A stretch of DNA of 64,000 nucleotides from Gammaproteobacteria bacterium (GTDB lineage: Bacteria; Pseudomonadota; Gammaproteobacteria; Ga0077536): contig JACKNG010000003.1 in the NCBI GenBank assembly GCA_024235015.1, positions 472,397-536,396 on the forward strand, given 5' to 3'. The translations under genes and the position numbers were made by a program. Every line of letters starts with the position of its first letter. Position 1 is the stretch's first letter. Below the pieces are notes generated by a model that saw nothing but the letters and a program-made list of their open reading frames with translations, had not been told where the DNA came from and ran no database searches. Positions 53,858 through 63,151 of the stretch are shown piece by piece.

Positions 53858-55696
53858 ATGACCCGCCTGCTGCCCCTGCTCGCGCTGCTCGTTCTCGTGC
53901 CGGCCCGCGCCGACGGTCCGCCCGACGGCGCCGCGCTGTTCGCCGCGCGCTGCCAGGGCTGCCACGATCTCGGCGTGCTGGCGCCGACGCGCGAACAGCT
54001 CGGCCGCCTGACCGTGGAGGAGATCGAGGCCGCGCTGTGGCACGGCACCATGCAGGAACACGCCAACGGCCTGACCCGCCCCGAGCGGCTCGCCATCGCG
54101 CGCCTGCTCGGCCGCCCCGACGACCAGCCCACCGATCGCTCCGCCGGGGTGACGGCCTGTACCGACGGCGCCCCGGCGAGCGCGCCGGCAAGCAGCGCCT
54201 GGCCGGGCTGGTCGCGCGACAATCGCTTCACACGCCATCTCGACGATCCCGCGCTGACGGCCGTGCGCTTCGCCGGCCTCGAACTGGCCTGGGCGCATCC
54301 TTTTCCCGAGCACTCGGCCTTCTCCGGCGCCGGCAATGCGGTGGCGGTGCGCGACGGCACCGTCTATACCGGCAACCTGAACCACTGGGTCTACGCGCTC
54401 GACGCCGCGCGCGGCTGCGCGCACTGGGCCTTCCACGCCGAGGGCCGGGTGCGCTCCAACGTCGCGCTGGAAGGCGACACCCTGGTGTTCGGCGACCTCC
54501 TCGCCAACGTCTACGGCCTCGATGCCAGGACCGGCCGCCTGCGCTGGCGCACGCGCGTCGACTGGACGCCGGGCGCGCGCATCACCGGCAACGTGACCCT
54601 CGACGCCGGCCAGGTGTTCGTGCCGGTCTCGAGCCTGGAGGAAGTCCAGGCCATGCGCATGGACCTGCCCTGCTGCACCTTCCGCGGCGCGGTCGTCGCG
54701 CTCGACGCCGCCACCGGCGAGGTGCGCTGGAAGACCCATACCATCGAGCAGTACGCCGAGTACCTCGGCGAGAACGACATGGGCGTGGCGCGCTTCGGCC
54801 CGTCCGGCGTGCCGGTGTGGTCCGGTATCGCCGTCGACCGTAAGCGTGGCGTGGTCTACGTCGGCAACGGCAACCAGTTCACCGAGCCGCGCGTGGACGA
54901 ATCCGATGCGGTCATGGCGCTCGACATCGCCACCGGCGCCAAGCGCTGGGTCATGAGCCTGGCGCCCGTGCAGATGGGCGGCGCCGACATCTACCACCTC
55001 GCCTGCGAGGCGTGGTGGGACGAGGAACGCAAGAACTGCTCGCCGGAGAACCCCGAGGGCCACGGCGACCGCGATCTGGGCGCGCCGCCGCTGCTGGTCG
55101 AGCGCGCCGACGGCCGCGAGATCGTCGTCGCCGGCAGCAAGGACGGCATGCTCTACGCACTCGACCCGGATGCCGCCGGCCAGGTGTTGTGGTCGGTCCG
55201 CGTGGGGCGCGGCGGCGAGGCCGGCGGTATCGAGTTCGGCATCGCCGCCGACGGCCGTTACGCCTACGCCCCGGTCACCGACATCGACATCGATCTCGCT
55301 TCGCGCGGTTCGCTGACCGCGGTCGACCTGGTGACGGGTGAACCGGCCTGGCGCGTCGATGACATCGCCCCGCGCTGTGCGGGCAAACCCACCCCGCCCT
55401 GCGGCAACGGCGTCGCCACGCCGCCGACAGTAGCCGGCGAGGTGGTGCTGGTCGGCCTGCTCGACGGCACCCTGCGCGGCTACCGCCGCGACGACGGCAG
55501 CGCAGTGTTCGTGCTCGACACCGCGCAGGACTTCGCCGGGGTCAACGGCCGCAGCGGCCACGGTGGCGCGCTCGGCAACGGCGGCCCGGTGGTCGCCGGT
55601 GACTACGTGTACCTGAACAGCGGCTTCAACATTCTCAACGTCGGCCTGCCCGGCAACGTGCTGCTCGCCTACCGCCTGCCGGCGGCGGCGCGCTGA
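53858..55696 (+). CDS. PQQ-dependent quinohemoprotein dehydrogenase (N-terminal cytochrome c + PQQ beta-propeller; PVA-dehydrogenase-like architecture)
   Basis: RBS AAGGAGA; signal peptide MTRLLPLLALLVLVPARA; haem motif CQGCH; repeated PQQ-propeller W-motifs (VYALDAARG..W, VYGLDARTGRLRW, VVALDAATGEVRW, LYALDPDAAGQVLW). 612 aa. Confidence 0.85.
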   Translation: MTRLLPLLALLVLVPARADGPPDGAALFAARCQGCHDLGVLAPTREQLGRLTVEEIEAALWHGTMQEHANGLTRPERLAIARLLGRPDDQPTDRSAGVTACTDGAPASAPASSAWPGWSRDNRFTRHLDDPALTAVRFAGLELAWAHPFPEHSAFSGAGNAVAVRDGTVYTGNLNHWVYALDAARGCAHWAFHAEGRVRSNVALEGDTLVFGDLLANVYGLDARTGRLRWRTRVDWTPGARITGNVTLDAGQVFVPVSSLEEVQAMRMDLPCCTFRGAVVALDAATGEVRWKTHTIEQYAEYLGENDMGVARFGPSGVPVWSGIAVDRKRGVVYVGNGNQFTEPRVDESDAVMALDIATGAKRWVMSLAPVQMGGADIYHLACEAWWDEERKNCSPENPEGHGDRDLGAPPLLVERADGREIVVAGSKDGMLYALDPDAAGQVLWSVRVGRGGEAGGIEFGIAADGRYAYAPVTDIDIDLASRGSLTAVDLVTGEPAWRVDDIAPRCAGKPTPPCGNGVATPPTVAGEVVLVGLLDGTLRGYRRDDGSAVFVLDTAQDFAGVNGRSGHGGALGNGGPVVAGDYVYLNSGFNILNVGLPGNVLLAYRLPAAAR

Positions 55697-55736
55697 CACC
55701 GGCCGGCCCGCCCACTGCAAGCGAGGAAGACACTCC

Positions 55737-56195
55737 ATGACCCGCATGCCCGCGCAGCCCGGCTGCGATCTCTACGACCACGCCATCGACTGGCAACCCT
55801 TCGCCGGCATCGACAACCTCGAACTCTCCCTGCTCGAAGTCGACGAGCCGCGCGGGGTGGTGGACCTGCTGGTGCGCTTCGCGCCGAACAAGACCGTCAC
55901 CCTGCACAACCACCTCGCGCAGACCAACATGTTCATCGTGCAGGGCGAATTGTGCATGTACGAGCCGGACGGCTCGGTGCGCGAAATCCGCGCGGCCGGG
56001 CGCTACTACCGCGGACGCACCGACGACGCCCACAGCGAGGGCGGCGGCGCGGAGGGCGCGGTGGTGTTCTACAGCGTGCGAACCGACGGCGCCCACGAGG
56101 TGCTCGACATCATGGACGACGACGGCGCCGTCACCGCCACGCTCACCATGGACGACATCCACGCCGCGTGGGCAGCGCAGCGTGGCATGGGCTGA
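55737..56195 (+). CDS. Cupin-domain protein
   Basis: Cupin-like core (TVTLHNHLAQTNMFIVQGEL). 152 aa. Low specificity. Confidence 0.55.
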   Translation: MTRMPAQPGCDLYDHAIDWQPFAGIDNLELSLLEVDEPRGVVDLLVRFAPNKTVTLHNHLAQTNMFIVQGELCMYEPDGSVREIRAAGRYYRGRTDDAHSEGGGAEGAVVFYSVRTDGAHEVLDIMDDDGAVTATLTMDDIHAAWAAQRGMG

Positions 56196-56261
56196 GCGGA
56201 CCGCAGCGGCGCGTGCCGCGGCACGCGACGCGCGCTTGCTCGGCACCGCGGTCGCCCGCGC

Positions 56262-57110
56262 TCAGCGGTAACGTTCGATGAGCGGCGCGGCGGCGTCCAT
56301 CACCTGCAGTGCGACGTCGGCGGAATCCGGCGGCAACCACACGATGGTTCGCTCGACCCCGGCGGCGGCGTAGCGCTCGACCAGCGCGGCGTCGACGACC
56401 CGGGTGGCGAATACCGTCATCGAGATGGACTCGCGCGCGCGCCCGCGCGCCGCGCACAACACGTCCAGCTCGCGCGTGGCGCGTTCCAGCGAATCGTCGT
56501 TGGGGTCGACCAGCAGCCAGCCGTCGCAGTAGTCCACCACGCGCTTCAAGCCCGCCTTGCTCACCGCGCCGAGGTAGATCGGCGGGTGCGGTTTCTGCAC
56601 CGGCTTGGGGTAGCACCAGATCGGTTCGAAGTCGACGAATTCGCCGTGGAAGCTGGCCTGCTCCTCGGTCCACATCGCCTTCAGCGCGGCGACCCGCTCG
56701 CGCAGGATCTTCCAGCGCTGCTCGAAGGCGGTGCCGTGGTTGGCCATCTCCTCGCGGTTCCAGCCGCCGCCGATGCCGAACATGACGCGCCCCCCGCTGA
56801 GGTAGTCGAGCGTGGCCACGGCCTTGGCGACGACGATCGGGTCGTGCTCGACGAGCAGGCAGATGCCGGCCGCGACCTTGAGCGTGGTCGTCGCCATCGC
56901 GGCGGCGGTCATGGACACGAACAAGTCCATGAAATGCTTGTATTCCTCGGGCAGCTCGCCGCCGAGCGGGAACGGCGTCTCGCGGCTGACCGGGATATGG
57001 GTGTGCTCGGGCAGCCAGATCGACTCGTAGCCGCGGGCCTCGGCCTCGCGCGCGGCGACGTCGGGCCGGATACCGTACTCGGTGTTGTAGCTGACGATGC
57101 CGAATTTCAT
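56262..57110 (-). CDS. LLM-class F420/flavin-dependent oxidoreductase (luciferase-like)
   Basis: MKFGIVSYNTEYGIRPDVAAREAEARGYESIWLPEHTHIP..., the typical short LLM TIM-barrel of about 280 aa. Confidence 0.85.
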   Translation of the reverse strand: MKFGIVSYNTEYGIRPDVAAREAEARGYESIWLPEHTHIPVSRETPFPLGGELPEEYKHFMDLFVSMTAAAMATTTLKVAAGICLLVEHDPIVVAKAVATLDYLSGGRVMFGIGGGWNREEMANHGTAFEQRWKILRERVAALKAMWTEEQASFHGEFVDFEPIWCYPKPVQKPHPPIYLGAVSKAGLKRVVDYCDGWLLVDPNDDSLERATRELDVLCAARGRARESISMTVFATRVVDAALVERYAAAGVERTIVWLPPDSADVALQVMDAAAPLIERYR

Positions 57111-57201
57111 GCCGCGGTGCTCCCCGGCGCCGCTGCCCGCGTGGCAGCGCGCGTGCTGAGCGATGGCGGCGGCGGCCGACGCGGTCGTCGCGCGCCGCGC
57201 A

Positions 57202-58062
57202 TCACAGGTGAGCCCGATACCAGGCCGTCGCGGCGGCCGCGGCCTCGGGCAGGTGGTCCATGTAGACGTCGTAGTGGCGACAGTCGATCTCGACCAGCTC
57301 GCTGGTGCCGCCGATGGTGGCGAAGGTCTCGTGCTGCCATGCAGTCGGCGTGGTGGTGTCCCGCGCGGCGATGATCATCATCAGCGGGGTCGGTGCGATG
57401 GCCGGCGCGAAACTGGCCGGCTCGTAGGTGCGCAGCAGGTCGAAGCTGCGCAGGGTGAGCTGGTTGAGATAGCGGCCGTCGACGTCCTTGCGCTCGACCC
57501 ACTCGGCGGTCTCCGAACCGCGCGTGGCGGCCGCGGTCACCGCCGGCGGTTCGCCGCGGCGGCGCGCGTCGCGATCGGCATCGAGGCGGGCGCGGAAGGC
57601 TTCCTGCTTGGCCGCCGGCACCCAGGTGTCGAACGTGCGCGACCCGGAGGTCAGCGGCACCTGCGACACCGCGCAGCGCACGCGGCGATCGAGGGCGCTG
57701 ACCGTCAGCACGTGGCCGCCGCCGTAGCTCGTGCCCCACAGGCCGATGCGTTGCGGGTCGATGCCCGGCAGCGTACGCGCAAAGGAGATCGCCTCGCGCA
57801 GATCGGCGACCTGGCGCCAGGGATCGGTCTCACCGCGCGGCCAGCCGGCGCTGCGCCCCCAGTTGCGGTGGTCGTAGGCAAGGCAGGCATAGCCCGCGGC
57901 GACGAAGTGCTCGGCGTACTCGGCGAGATCGAGGTCGACGATACCGGACAGGCCGTGCACCAGGATGACCAGCGGGCTCGGCGCCTCGCTCGCGGATGGT
58001 CGCGCCAGCCAGCCGACCAGCGCCGTGCCCTCGGCTTCGAAGATGATGTCCTGTCGTCCCAT
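57202..58062 (-). CDS. Alpha/beta-hydrolase (dienelactone-hydrolase-like)
   Basis: Nucleophile elbow GTSYGG, oxyanion-region HGLSG. 286 aa. Confidence 0.8.
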   Translation of the reverse strand: MGRQDIIFEAEGTALVGWLARPSASEAPSPLVILVHGLSGIVDLDLAEYAEHFVAAGYACLAYDHRNWGRSAGWPRGETDPWRQVADLREAISFARTLPGIDPQRIGLWGTSYGGGHVLTVSALDRRVRCAVSQVPLTSGSRTFDTWVPAAKQEAFRARLDADRDARRRGEPPAVTAAATRGSETAEWVERKDVDGRYLNQLTLRSFDLLRTYEPASFAPAIAPTPLMMIIAARDTTTPTAWQHETFATIGGTSELVEIDCRHYDVYMDHLPEAAAAATAWYRAHL

Positions 58063-58085
58063 GCACTACCCTCCCCCGGTACCGG

Positions 58086-58230
58086 CAACGGGGACAGTAT
58101 ACTTTCGCACGACATGCTGCCGCGGCTGGGCAACGGGGACAGTATACTTTTGCACAACATGGCGCAGCGGCTGAGGCGCGGGGAAAAGTATACTGTCCCC
58201 GTTGCGGCCCCGTTGCCGCCGTCCCCGTTG
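58086..58230. repeat. Composite palindromic element, family 2: two direct copies GCAACGGGGACAGTATACTTT(T)GCAC (58086-58111, 58130-58155), one inverted copy GGGGAAAAGTATACTGTCCCCGTTGC (58180-58205), then CCCCGTTGC x3
   Basis: Shares the GACAGTATACTTTT / AAAAGTATACTGTC core with the element at 11399-11463. Located between the phosphotransferase paralog stop and the hydrolase gene start (same strand). Confidence 0.7.
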
Positions 58231-58251
58231 CGGCCGCGGCCGCGCCGTACG

Positions 58252-59406
58252 TCAGCCGAAGCTGTCCAGCGCGTCGAGATCGTCGATGGCGATGCAGGTG
58301 CGGCGGATGAACTCGAGCGAGGTTTCCGGCGGCTGCATCTTGGGCGCTTCCGGCGGCTGGCCGAGCGTACCCGACCACCACGCCAGCGCGGCGAAGAGCT
58401 GCTGGCGATACCACTTGAAGACGACGTCGAAATCGAGGCGCGGCCCGCCGCGCGCGGCGAACTCCTCGATGTAGTAGGCGAGCAGGTCGCGCTCCCACTG
58501 GCGCCGCTTCTCCGGCGTCACCGCGGTCGAGATGCAGTAGGCGAGGTCACGGCTGCCGTTGCCCTGGCAGGTGTTCTGCCAATCGTTGATGCCCATCTCG
58601 CCGTCCGGGCGGATGTACCAGTTCTTGAGATGGACGTCGTTGTGGGTGATGCCGCGCGGCATCACCTCGTGCATGTCGGCGGCGCGCAAGGTCGCCGGCC
58701 ACACCTCGGGTTCGCGCGCGAACAGGCGCGCGGGCACGACCGCCTCGGCCTGGCTGAAGCCGCGGATACAGGCCTCCTCGAAGCCCGCATCGAAGGCGAC
58801 GATGCGGAAGAAGTCCTCCCACTTGGTGAAGATGCGCAGGCGGCCGACCAGTTCCGCGCTGGTGTAGTACTTGGCGTGGAGCTGCGCGAGCAGGCGCATC
58901 TGGCTCTGGCAGTGGGCGAACTCGAGGTCGGTCTCCATGGTGTTGAACGAGACTTTCTCGCTCAGGTCCTCGAGTACGATGATCGAGTTCAACGTCTCGG
59001 GGTGGTAGCGCGCAAACAGCGGCGTCGGCGCGATCACGTCGACCTCGGGGTAGAGCACGTTGTAGAAATCGACCTCGGCCTGTACCCCGCCCGCCATGCC
59101 CAGCATGTAGCGGCTCTCCAGACTGGGCGTGCCCTTGCAGAACACGCTCGCCGGCAGCCCGGCCGCCTGCCCGGCCTCGTTCCACTCGAGGTAGATGAAA
59201 CGCCGGTTGGAGGTGCCGTCGTCGCGCGGGCCGAGGCGATGCGAGACGACCGCGGCACCCGGCACCGCGTGGCCGAGCACGTCGGTCAGCCACTCTGCCG
59301 TGATCGACTCGTAGTTCGGCGGCATGTCCTCGCGCGTGCGCGGCACGATGGGATGGGCCTGCTCGGCCTCGAAACGGGCCTTGATCTGTTCGAAGGTGAC
59401 GGGCAT
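58252..59406 (-). CDS. Phosphotransferase-family protein (APH/CHK fold), paralog of 11711-12859
   Basis: 384 aa from ATG 59406 (MPVTFEQIKARFEAE...). HNDVHLKNWY catalytic loop, GINDWQ. Collinear with the 11711-12859 product along its whole length. The 979-aa ORF-table entry is this gene fused to antisense of the GMC gene. Confidence 0.8.
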   Translation of the reverse strand: MPVTFEQIKARFEAEQAHPIVPRTREDMPPNYESITAEWLTDVLGHAVPGAAVVSHRLGPRDDGTSNRRFIYLEWNEAGQAAGLPASVFCKGTPSLESRYMLGMAGGVQAEVDFYNVLYPEVDVIAPTPLFARYHPETLNSIIVLEDLSEKVSFNTMETDLEFAHCQSQMRLLAQLHAKYYTSAELVGRLRIFTKWEDFFRIVAFDAGFEEACIRGFSQAEAVVPARLFAREPEVWPATLRAADMHEVMPRGITHNDVHLKNWYIRPDGEMGINDWQNTCQGNGSRDLAYCISTAVTPEKRRQWERDLLAYYIEEFAARGGPRLDFDVVFKWYRQQLFAALAWWSGTLGQPPEAPKMQPPETSLEFIRRTCIAIDDLDALDSFG

Positions 59407-59562
59407 CGACGGAACCTCGCTGGACGTACCTGGCGCGGCGATTAGAACAAACCGTGTGCTCGACGACCATCTGCCCCGGGGGTCGCAGCGACACGCGTTA
59501 GAATCGCCGGGCGCCGATCGCTGCCGCCAGCCTCGGCACCGCACACCGCACGGACCCGAAGC

Positions 59563-61182
59563 ATGGAATACGACTACATCATCGTCGGCGCCGGCACAGC
59601 CGGCTGCGTGCTGGCCAACCGCTTGTCGGCCGAGCGCGAGGCCAGCGTGCTGCTGATCGAGGCCGGCGGGCGCGACGACTATTTCTGGATCGACATCCCG
59701 GTCGGTTACCTCTACACCATCGGCAATCCACGCACCGACTGGTGCTACCGCACCGAGCCGGATGACGGCCTCAACGGCCGCAGCATCGGCTACGCGCGCG
59801 GTCGCGTGCTCGGCGGTTGCTCCTCGATCAACGCCATGATCTACATGCGCGGCCAGGCTGCCGATTACGACCACTGGGCCGCGCTCGGCAACCGCGGCTG
59901 GGGCTGGAACGACGTGTTGCCGGTGTTCAGGCAGAGCGAGGACTACCAGCACGGCGCCAGCGAGTACCACGGCGCCGGCGGCGAGCTGCGCGTCGAGGAA
60001 CGGCGCGTCAACTGGCCCATCCTCGACGCCTGGCGCGAGGCCGCGGTGGCCTGCGGCATCCCGCGCATCGACGAGTTCAACCGCGGCGACAATACCGGCA
60101 CGGCCTATTTCCAGATGAACCAGCGCAAGGGCCGGCGCTGGAGTGCGGTGCGCGCCTTCCTCGACCCGGTCCGCAATCGCCCCAACCTCGAGATCATGCT
60201 GCGTACGCAGGTCGAGGGCATCGACCTCGAACGGCGGGACGGCGGCCTGCGCGCCCGCGGGGTCAGCGTGCGTCGCGACGACGGCACGCGGCCGCGGCTC
60301 GTCGCCCGGCGCGAGCTCATCCTCGCCGCCGGCGCCATCGGCTCGCCGCAACTCCTGCAGCTCTCCGGCATCGGTGCACCCGCCCTCCTCGGCGAGCTGG
60401 GCATCGAGGTCGCCCACGCCCTGCCCGGGGTCGGCGAGAACCTGCACGATCACCTGCAGGTGCGCACCGTCTACCAGGTCTCCAACACCGTGACCTTGAA
60501 CCGCCGCGCCAACTCGCTCGTCGGCCGCATCGCCATGGGCCTGGAGTACCTGCTGTTCCGCCGCGGCCCGCTGACCATGCCGCCCTCGCAGCTCGGCGCT
60601 TTCGCGCGCAGTGACGAATCGCTGGAGACGCCCGACCTCGAATGGCACGTGCAGCCGCTGTCGCTGGACAAGTTCGGTGACCCGCTGCATCCCTGGGACG
60701 CCATCACGCCCTCGGTGTGCAACCTGCGCCCGACCAGCCGCGGGCACGTGCGCATCCGCTCGCGCGACGCCCACGAGCATCCGGCGATCACGCTCAACTA
60801 CCTCGCGACGGACGCCGACCGCGCCGCGGCCGTGACCGGCCTGCGCGTCACCCGCCGGATCATGGCCGCGGCGCCGCTGGCACCGTTCACACCGCGCGAG
60901 ATCAAGCCCGGGCCGGACATCGACGGCGACACGGCGCTGGCACGCGCTGCCGGCGACCTCGGCACCACCATCTTTCACCCGGTCGGCACCTGCAAGATGG
61001 GGCAGGACGACCGCGCCGTGGTCGACGACCGCCTGCGCGTGCGCGGCGTGGCCGGCCTGCGCGTCATCGACGCCTCGATCATGCCGCGCATCACCTCCGG
61101 TAATACCAACGCGCCGACGGTGATGATCGCCGAACAGGGCGCGGCTTTCGTGCGCGCGGCGGCGCGCGGGGACGACCGTTGA
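59563..61182 (+). CDS. GMC-family FAD oxidoreductase (choline/alcohol dehydrogenase-like)
   Basis: MEYDYIIVGAGTAGCVLANRLS (GxGxxG), GGCSSINAMIYMRG, C-terminal active-site His region (IFHPVGTCKMG). 539 aa. Confidence 0.9.
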   Translation: MEYDYIIVGAGTAGCVLANRLSAEREASVLLIEAGGRDDYFWIDIPVGYLYTIGNPRTDWCYRTEPDDGLNGRSIGYARGRVLGGCSSINAMIYMRGQAADYDHWAALGNRGWGWNDVLPVFRQSEDYQHGASEYHGAGGELRVEERRVNWPILDAWREAAVACGIPRIDEFNRGDNTGTAYFQMNQRKGRRWSAVRAFLDPVRNRPNLEIMLRTQVEGIDLERRDGGLRARGVSVRRDDGTRPRLVARRELILAAGAIGSPQLLQLSGIGAPALLGELGIEVAHALPGVGENLHDHLQVRTVYQVSNTVTLNRRANSLVGRIAMGLEYLLFRRGPLTMPPSQLGAFARSDESLETPDLEWHVQPLSLDKFGDPLHPWDAITPSVCNLRPTSRGHVRIRSRDAHEHPAITLNYLATDADRAAAVTGLRVTRRIMAAAPLAPFTPREIKPGPDIDGDTALARAAGDLGTTIFHPVGTCKMGQDDRAVVDDRLRVRGVAGLRVIDASIMPRITSGNTNAPTVMIAEQGAAFVRAAARGDDR

Positions 61183-61249
61183 CGAAACCAATCGGCCGCG
61201 CGACGCCGCACGGCCGGATCACTTGACACGACCCGGCGAGGAGCAAGAC

Positions 61250-62029
61250 ATGGATTCTGGATTATTCGATCTGGCCGGCAAGGTCGCCGTGGTCACCGGC
61301 GGCTCGCGCGGCATCGGCCTGATGTTCGCACGTGCCTACGTCGAGGCCGGCATGCGCGTGTACATCGTCGCGCGCAACGCCGAGCGTTGCGACGCCGTCG
61401 CCGCCGAACTGTCCGCGCAGGGCGGCGCGTGCAGCGCGCTGCCGGGCGAATTGTCACGTCTCGACGAGGTCGAGCGCATCGCCGCCGAGTTCCGCGCGCG
61501 CGAACCGGCCCTGCACGTGCTGGTCAACAATGCCGGCACCGCCTGGGGCGATCATCTCGACACCTTTCCCGAGAAGGGCTGGGACAAGGTCATGGACCTC
61601 AACCTCAAGTCGCCGTTCTTTCTCATGCAGAAACTGCTGCCGCAGCTCGAAGCGGCCGCGCGCCCCGACGACCCGGCGCGCGTGCTCAACCTCGGCTCGG
61701 TCGACGGCCTGCACGTGCCCTTGTTCGAGAACTTCTCCTACGCCGCCGCCAAGGCCGGCCTGCATCATCTGACGCGCATGCTGGCCAGCCATCTCGCTGC
61801 GCGCCACATCAACGTCAATGCCGTCGCGCCGGGCTACTTCGACACCGACATGACCGCGCCCATGCTCGGCAAGATGGGGCTGGACGCGTTGCTCGACATC
61901 GTGCCGCAGAAGCGTCTTGGCCAGCACGACGACATGGCCGGCGTGGCGGTGTTCCTCGCCGCCCGCGCCTCGGCCTTCGTCACCGGGGTCACGCTGGCCG
62001 TCGATGGCGGACTGATCGGGGGGAGTTGA
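61250..62029 (+). CDS. SDR-family oxidoreductase
   Basis: RBS GAGGAG; LAGKVAVVTGGSRGIGL, NNAG, YAAAKAG, PGYFDTDM. 259 aa. Confidence 0.85.
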   Translation: MDSGLFDLAGKVAVVTGGSRGIGLMFARAYVEAGMRVYIVARNAERCDAVAAELSAQGGACSALPGELSRLDEVERIAAEFRAREPALHVLVNNAGTAWGDHLDTFPEKGWDKVMDLNLKSPFFLMQKLLPQLEAAARPDDPARVLNLGSVDGLHVPLFENFSYAAAKAGLHHLTRMLASHLAARHINVNAVAPGYFDTDMTAPMLGKMGLDALLDIVPQKRLGQHDDMAGVAVFLAARASAFVTGVTLAVDGGLIGGS

Positions 62030-62245
62030 GCACCGGGCCTGTCCGTGCGCACAACCCGGCGCACGGCCGCCGCGGTCGCCTGGCCTCAACCGCCGAGCAG
62101 GGCGACGCAAAGCGTGGCGAGGACGGCCGGATGCAAGGCGTCGTGCGCGCCGAGCACCGCAGTTCACTGGAGTAAATGAGGCGCGCAGGCGCGCGCGCAA
62201 CACAGCAGACGGCCGCCGCAGTCGCTTTGCGTCGTCCTGCCACCC

Positions 62246-63010
62246 CTAGGGGACGACGTACCCCCCATCCACCGTCAACGCGTGCCCCGTCGTGAACGAG
62301 GCCTCGTCCGAGCACAGCCACACCACCGCGCGCGCCACCTCCTCGGCCACGCCGAAGCGACCGGCCGGATGGCGCGCGAGCAGGATGTCGTGCACGCGCC
62401 CTTCGCTCTGCGTGGCCGGCGCCCCCATCGGGGTGTCGATGACGCCCGGGCACACCGCGTTGACGCGGATGCCCTGGCGCGCGTAGTCGAGCGCGGCACC
62501 GCGGGTGAGACCGACCACGCCGTGCTTGGTCGCGGTGTAGATCGACGAACTCTTCCAGCCGACCAGGCCGGCCACCGAGGCGGTGTTGACGATGGCGCCG
62601 CCCGTGCCCTGCGCGAGCATGTCGCGGATCTCGCGGCGCAGGCACAACCAGACACCCTTCAGGTTGATCGCATTGACGCGATCCCATTCGTCCTCGCTGG
62701 TGTCGGCGAGGTTGGTGCTGCTGTCGGCGACGCCGGCGTTGTTGAACGCACAGTCGAGCCGTCCCCAGCGCGCCTTGACGGCATCGAACAGGGCGTCGAC
62801 GGCAGCGGCGCGGGCGACGTCGGTGGCGACGAACAAGGCCTCGCCGCCGCGCGCCTCGATCTCGCCCACCAGCGCCGTGCCGGCCGCCTCGCTGAGGTCG
62901 GCGATCGCGACCCGCGCACCGGCCGTACTCATCGCCAACGCGGTGGCGTGCCCGATACCGCTCGCGCCGCCTGTCACCACCGCGACTTTCCCCGTCAGTT
63001 CGACCCCCAT
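62246..63010 (-). CDS. SDR-family oxidoreductase
   Basis: LTGKVAVVTGGASGIGHATA, NNAG, YTATKHG, PGVIDTPM. 254 aa. Confidence 0.9.
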   Translation of the reverse strand: MGVELTGKVAVVTGGASGIGHATALAMSTAGARVAIADLSEAAGTALVGEIEARGGEALFVATDVARAAAVDALFDAVKARWGRLDCAFNNAGVADSSTNLADTSEDEWDRVNAINLKGVWLCLRREIRDMLAQGTGGAIVNTASVAGLVGWKSSSIYTATKHGVVGLTRGAALDYARQGIRVNAVCPGVIDTPMGAPATQSEGRVHDILLARHPAGRFGVAEEVARAVVWLCSDEASFTTGHALTVDGGYVVP

Positions 63011-63151
63011 GCAATCCCCCCTTGTTTCGTGTGCGAATTATTCAACGACGTTGGTGCGGGATTGTAATCGAGCCACCGTCGCCGCCTAGGCGCGGCCCGG
63101 CACACGCGTTAGAGTGCACTGCCTTGTCCCCCCTCTGCGAGGAACGCTTTG

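Noticed and set aside
58252-61191. 979-aa minus-strand ORF
   Set aside because: It is a read-through fusion. Only its C-terminal 384 aa (58252-59406, from MPVTFEQ...) is the phosphotransferase. The upstream 595 aa are Ala/Arg/Gly-rich antisense of the clearly real GMC oxidoreductase gene (59563-61182, +).
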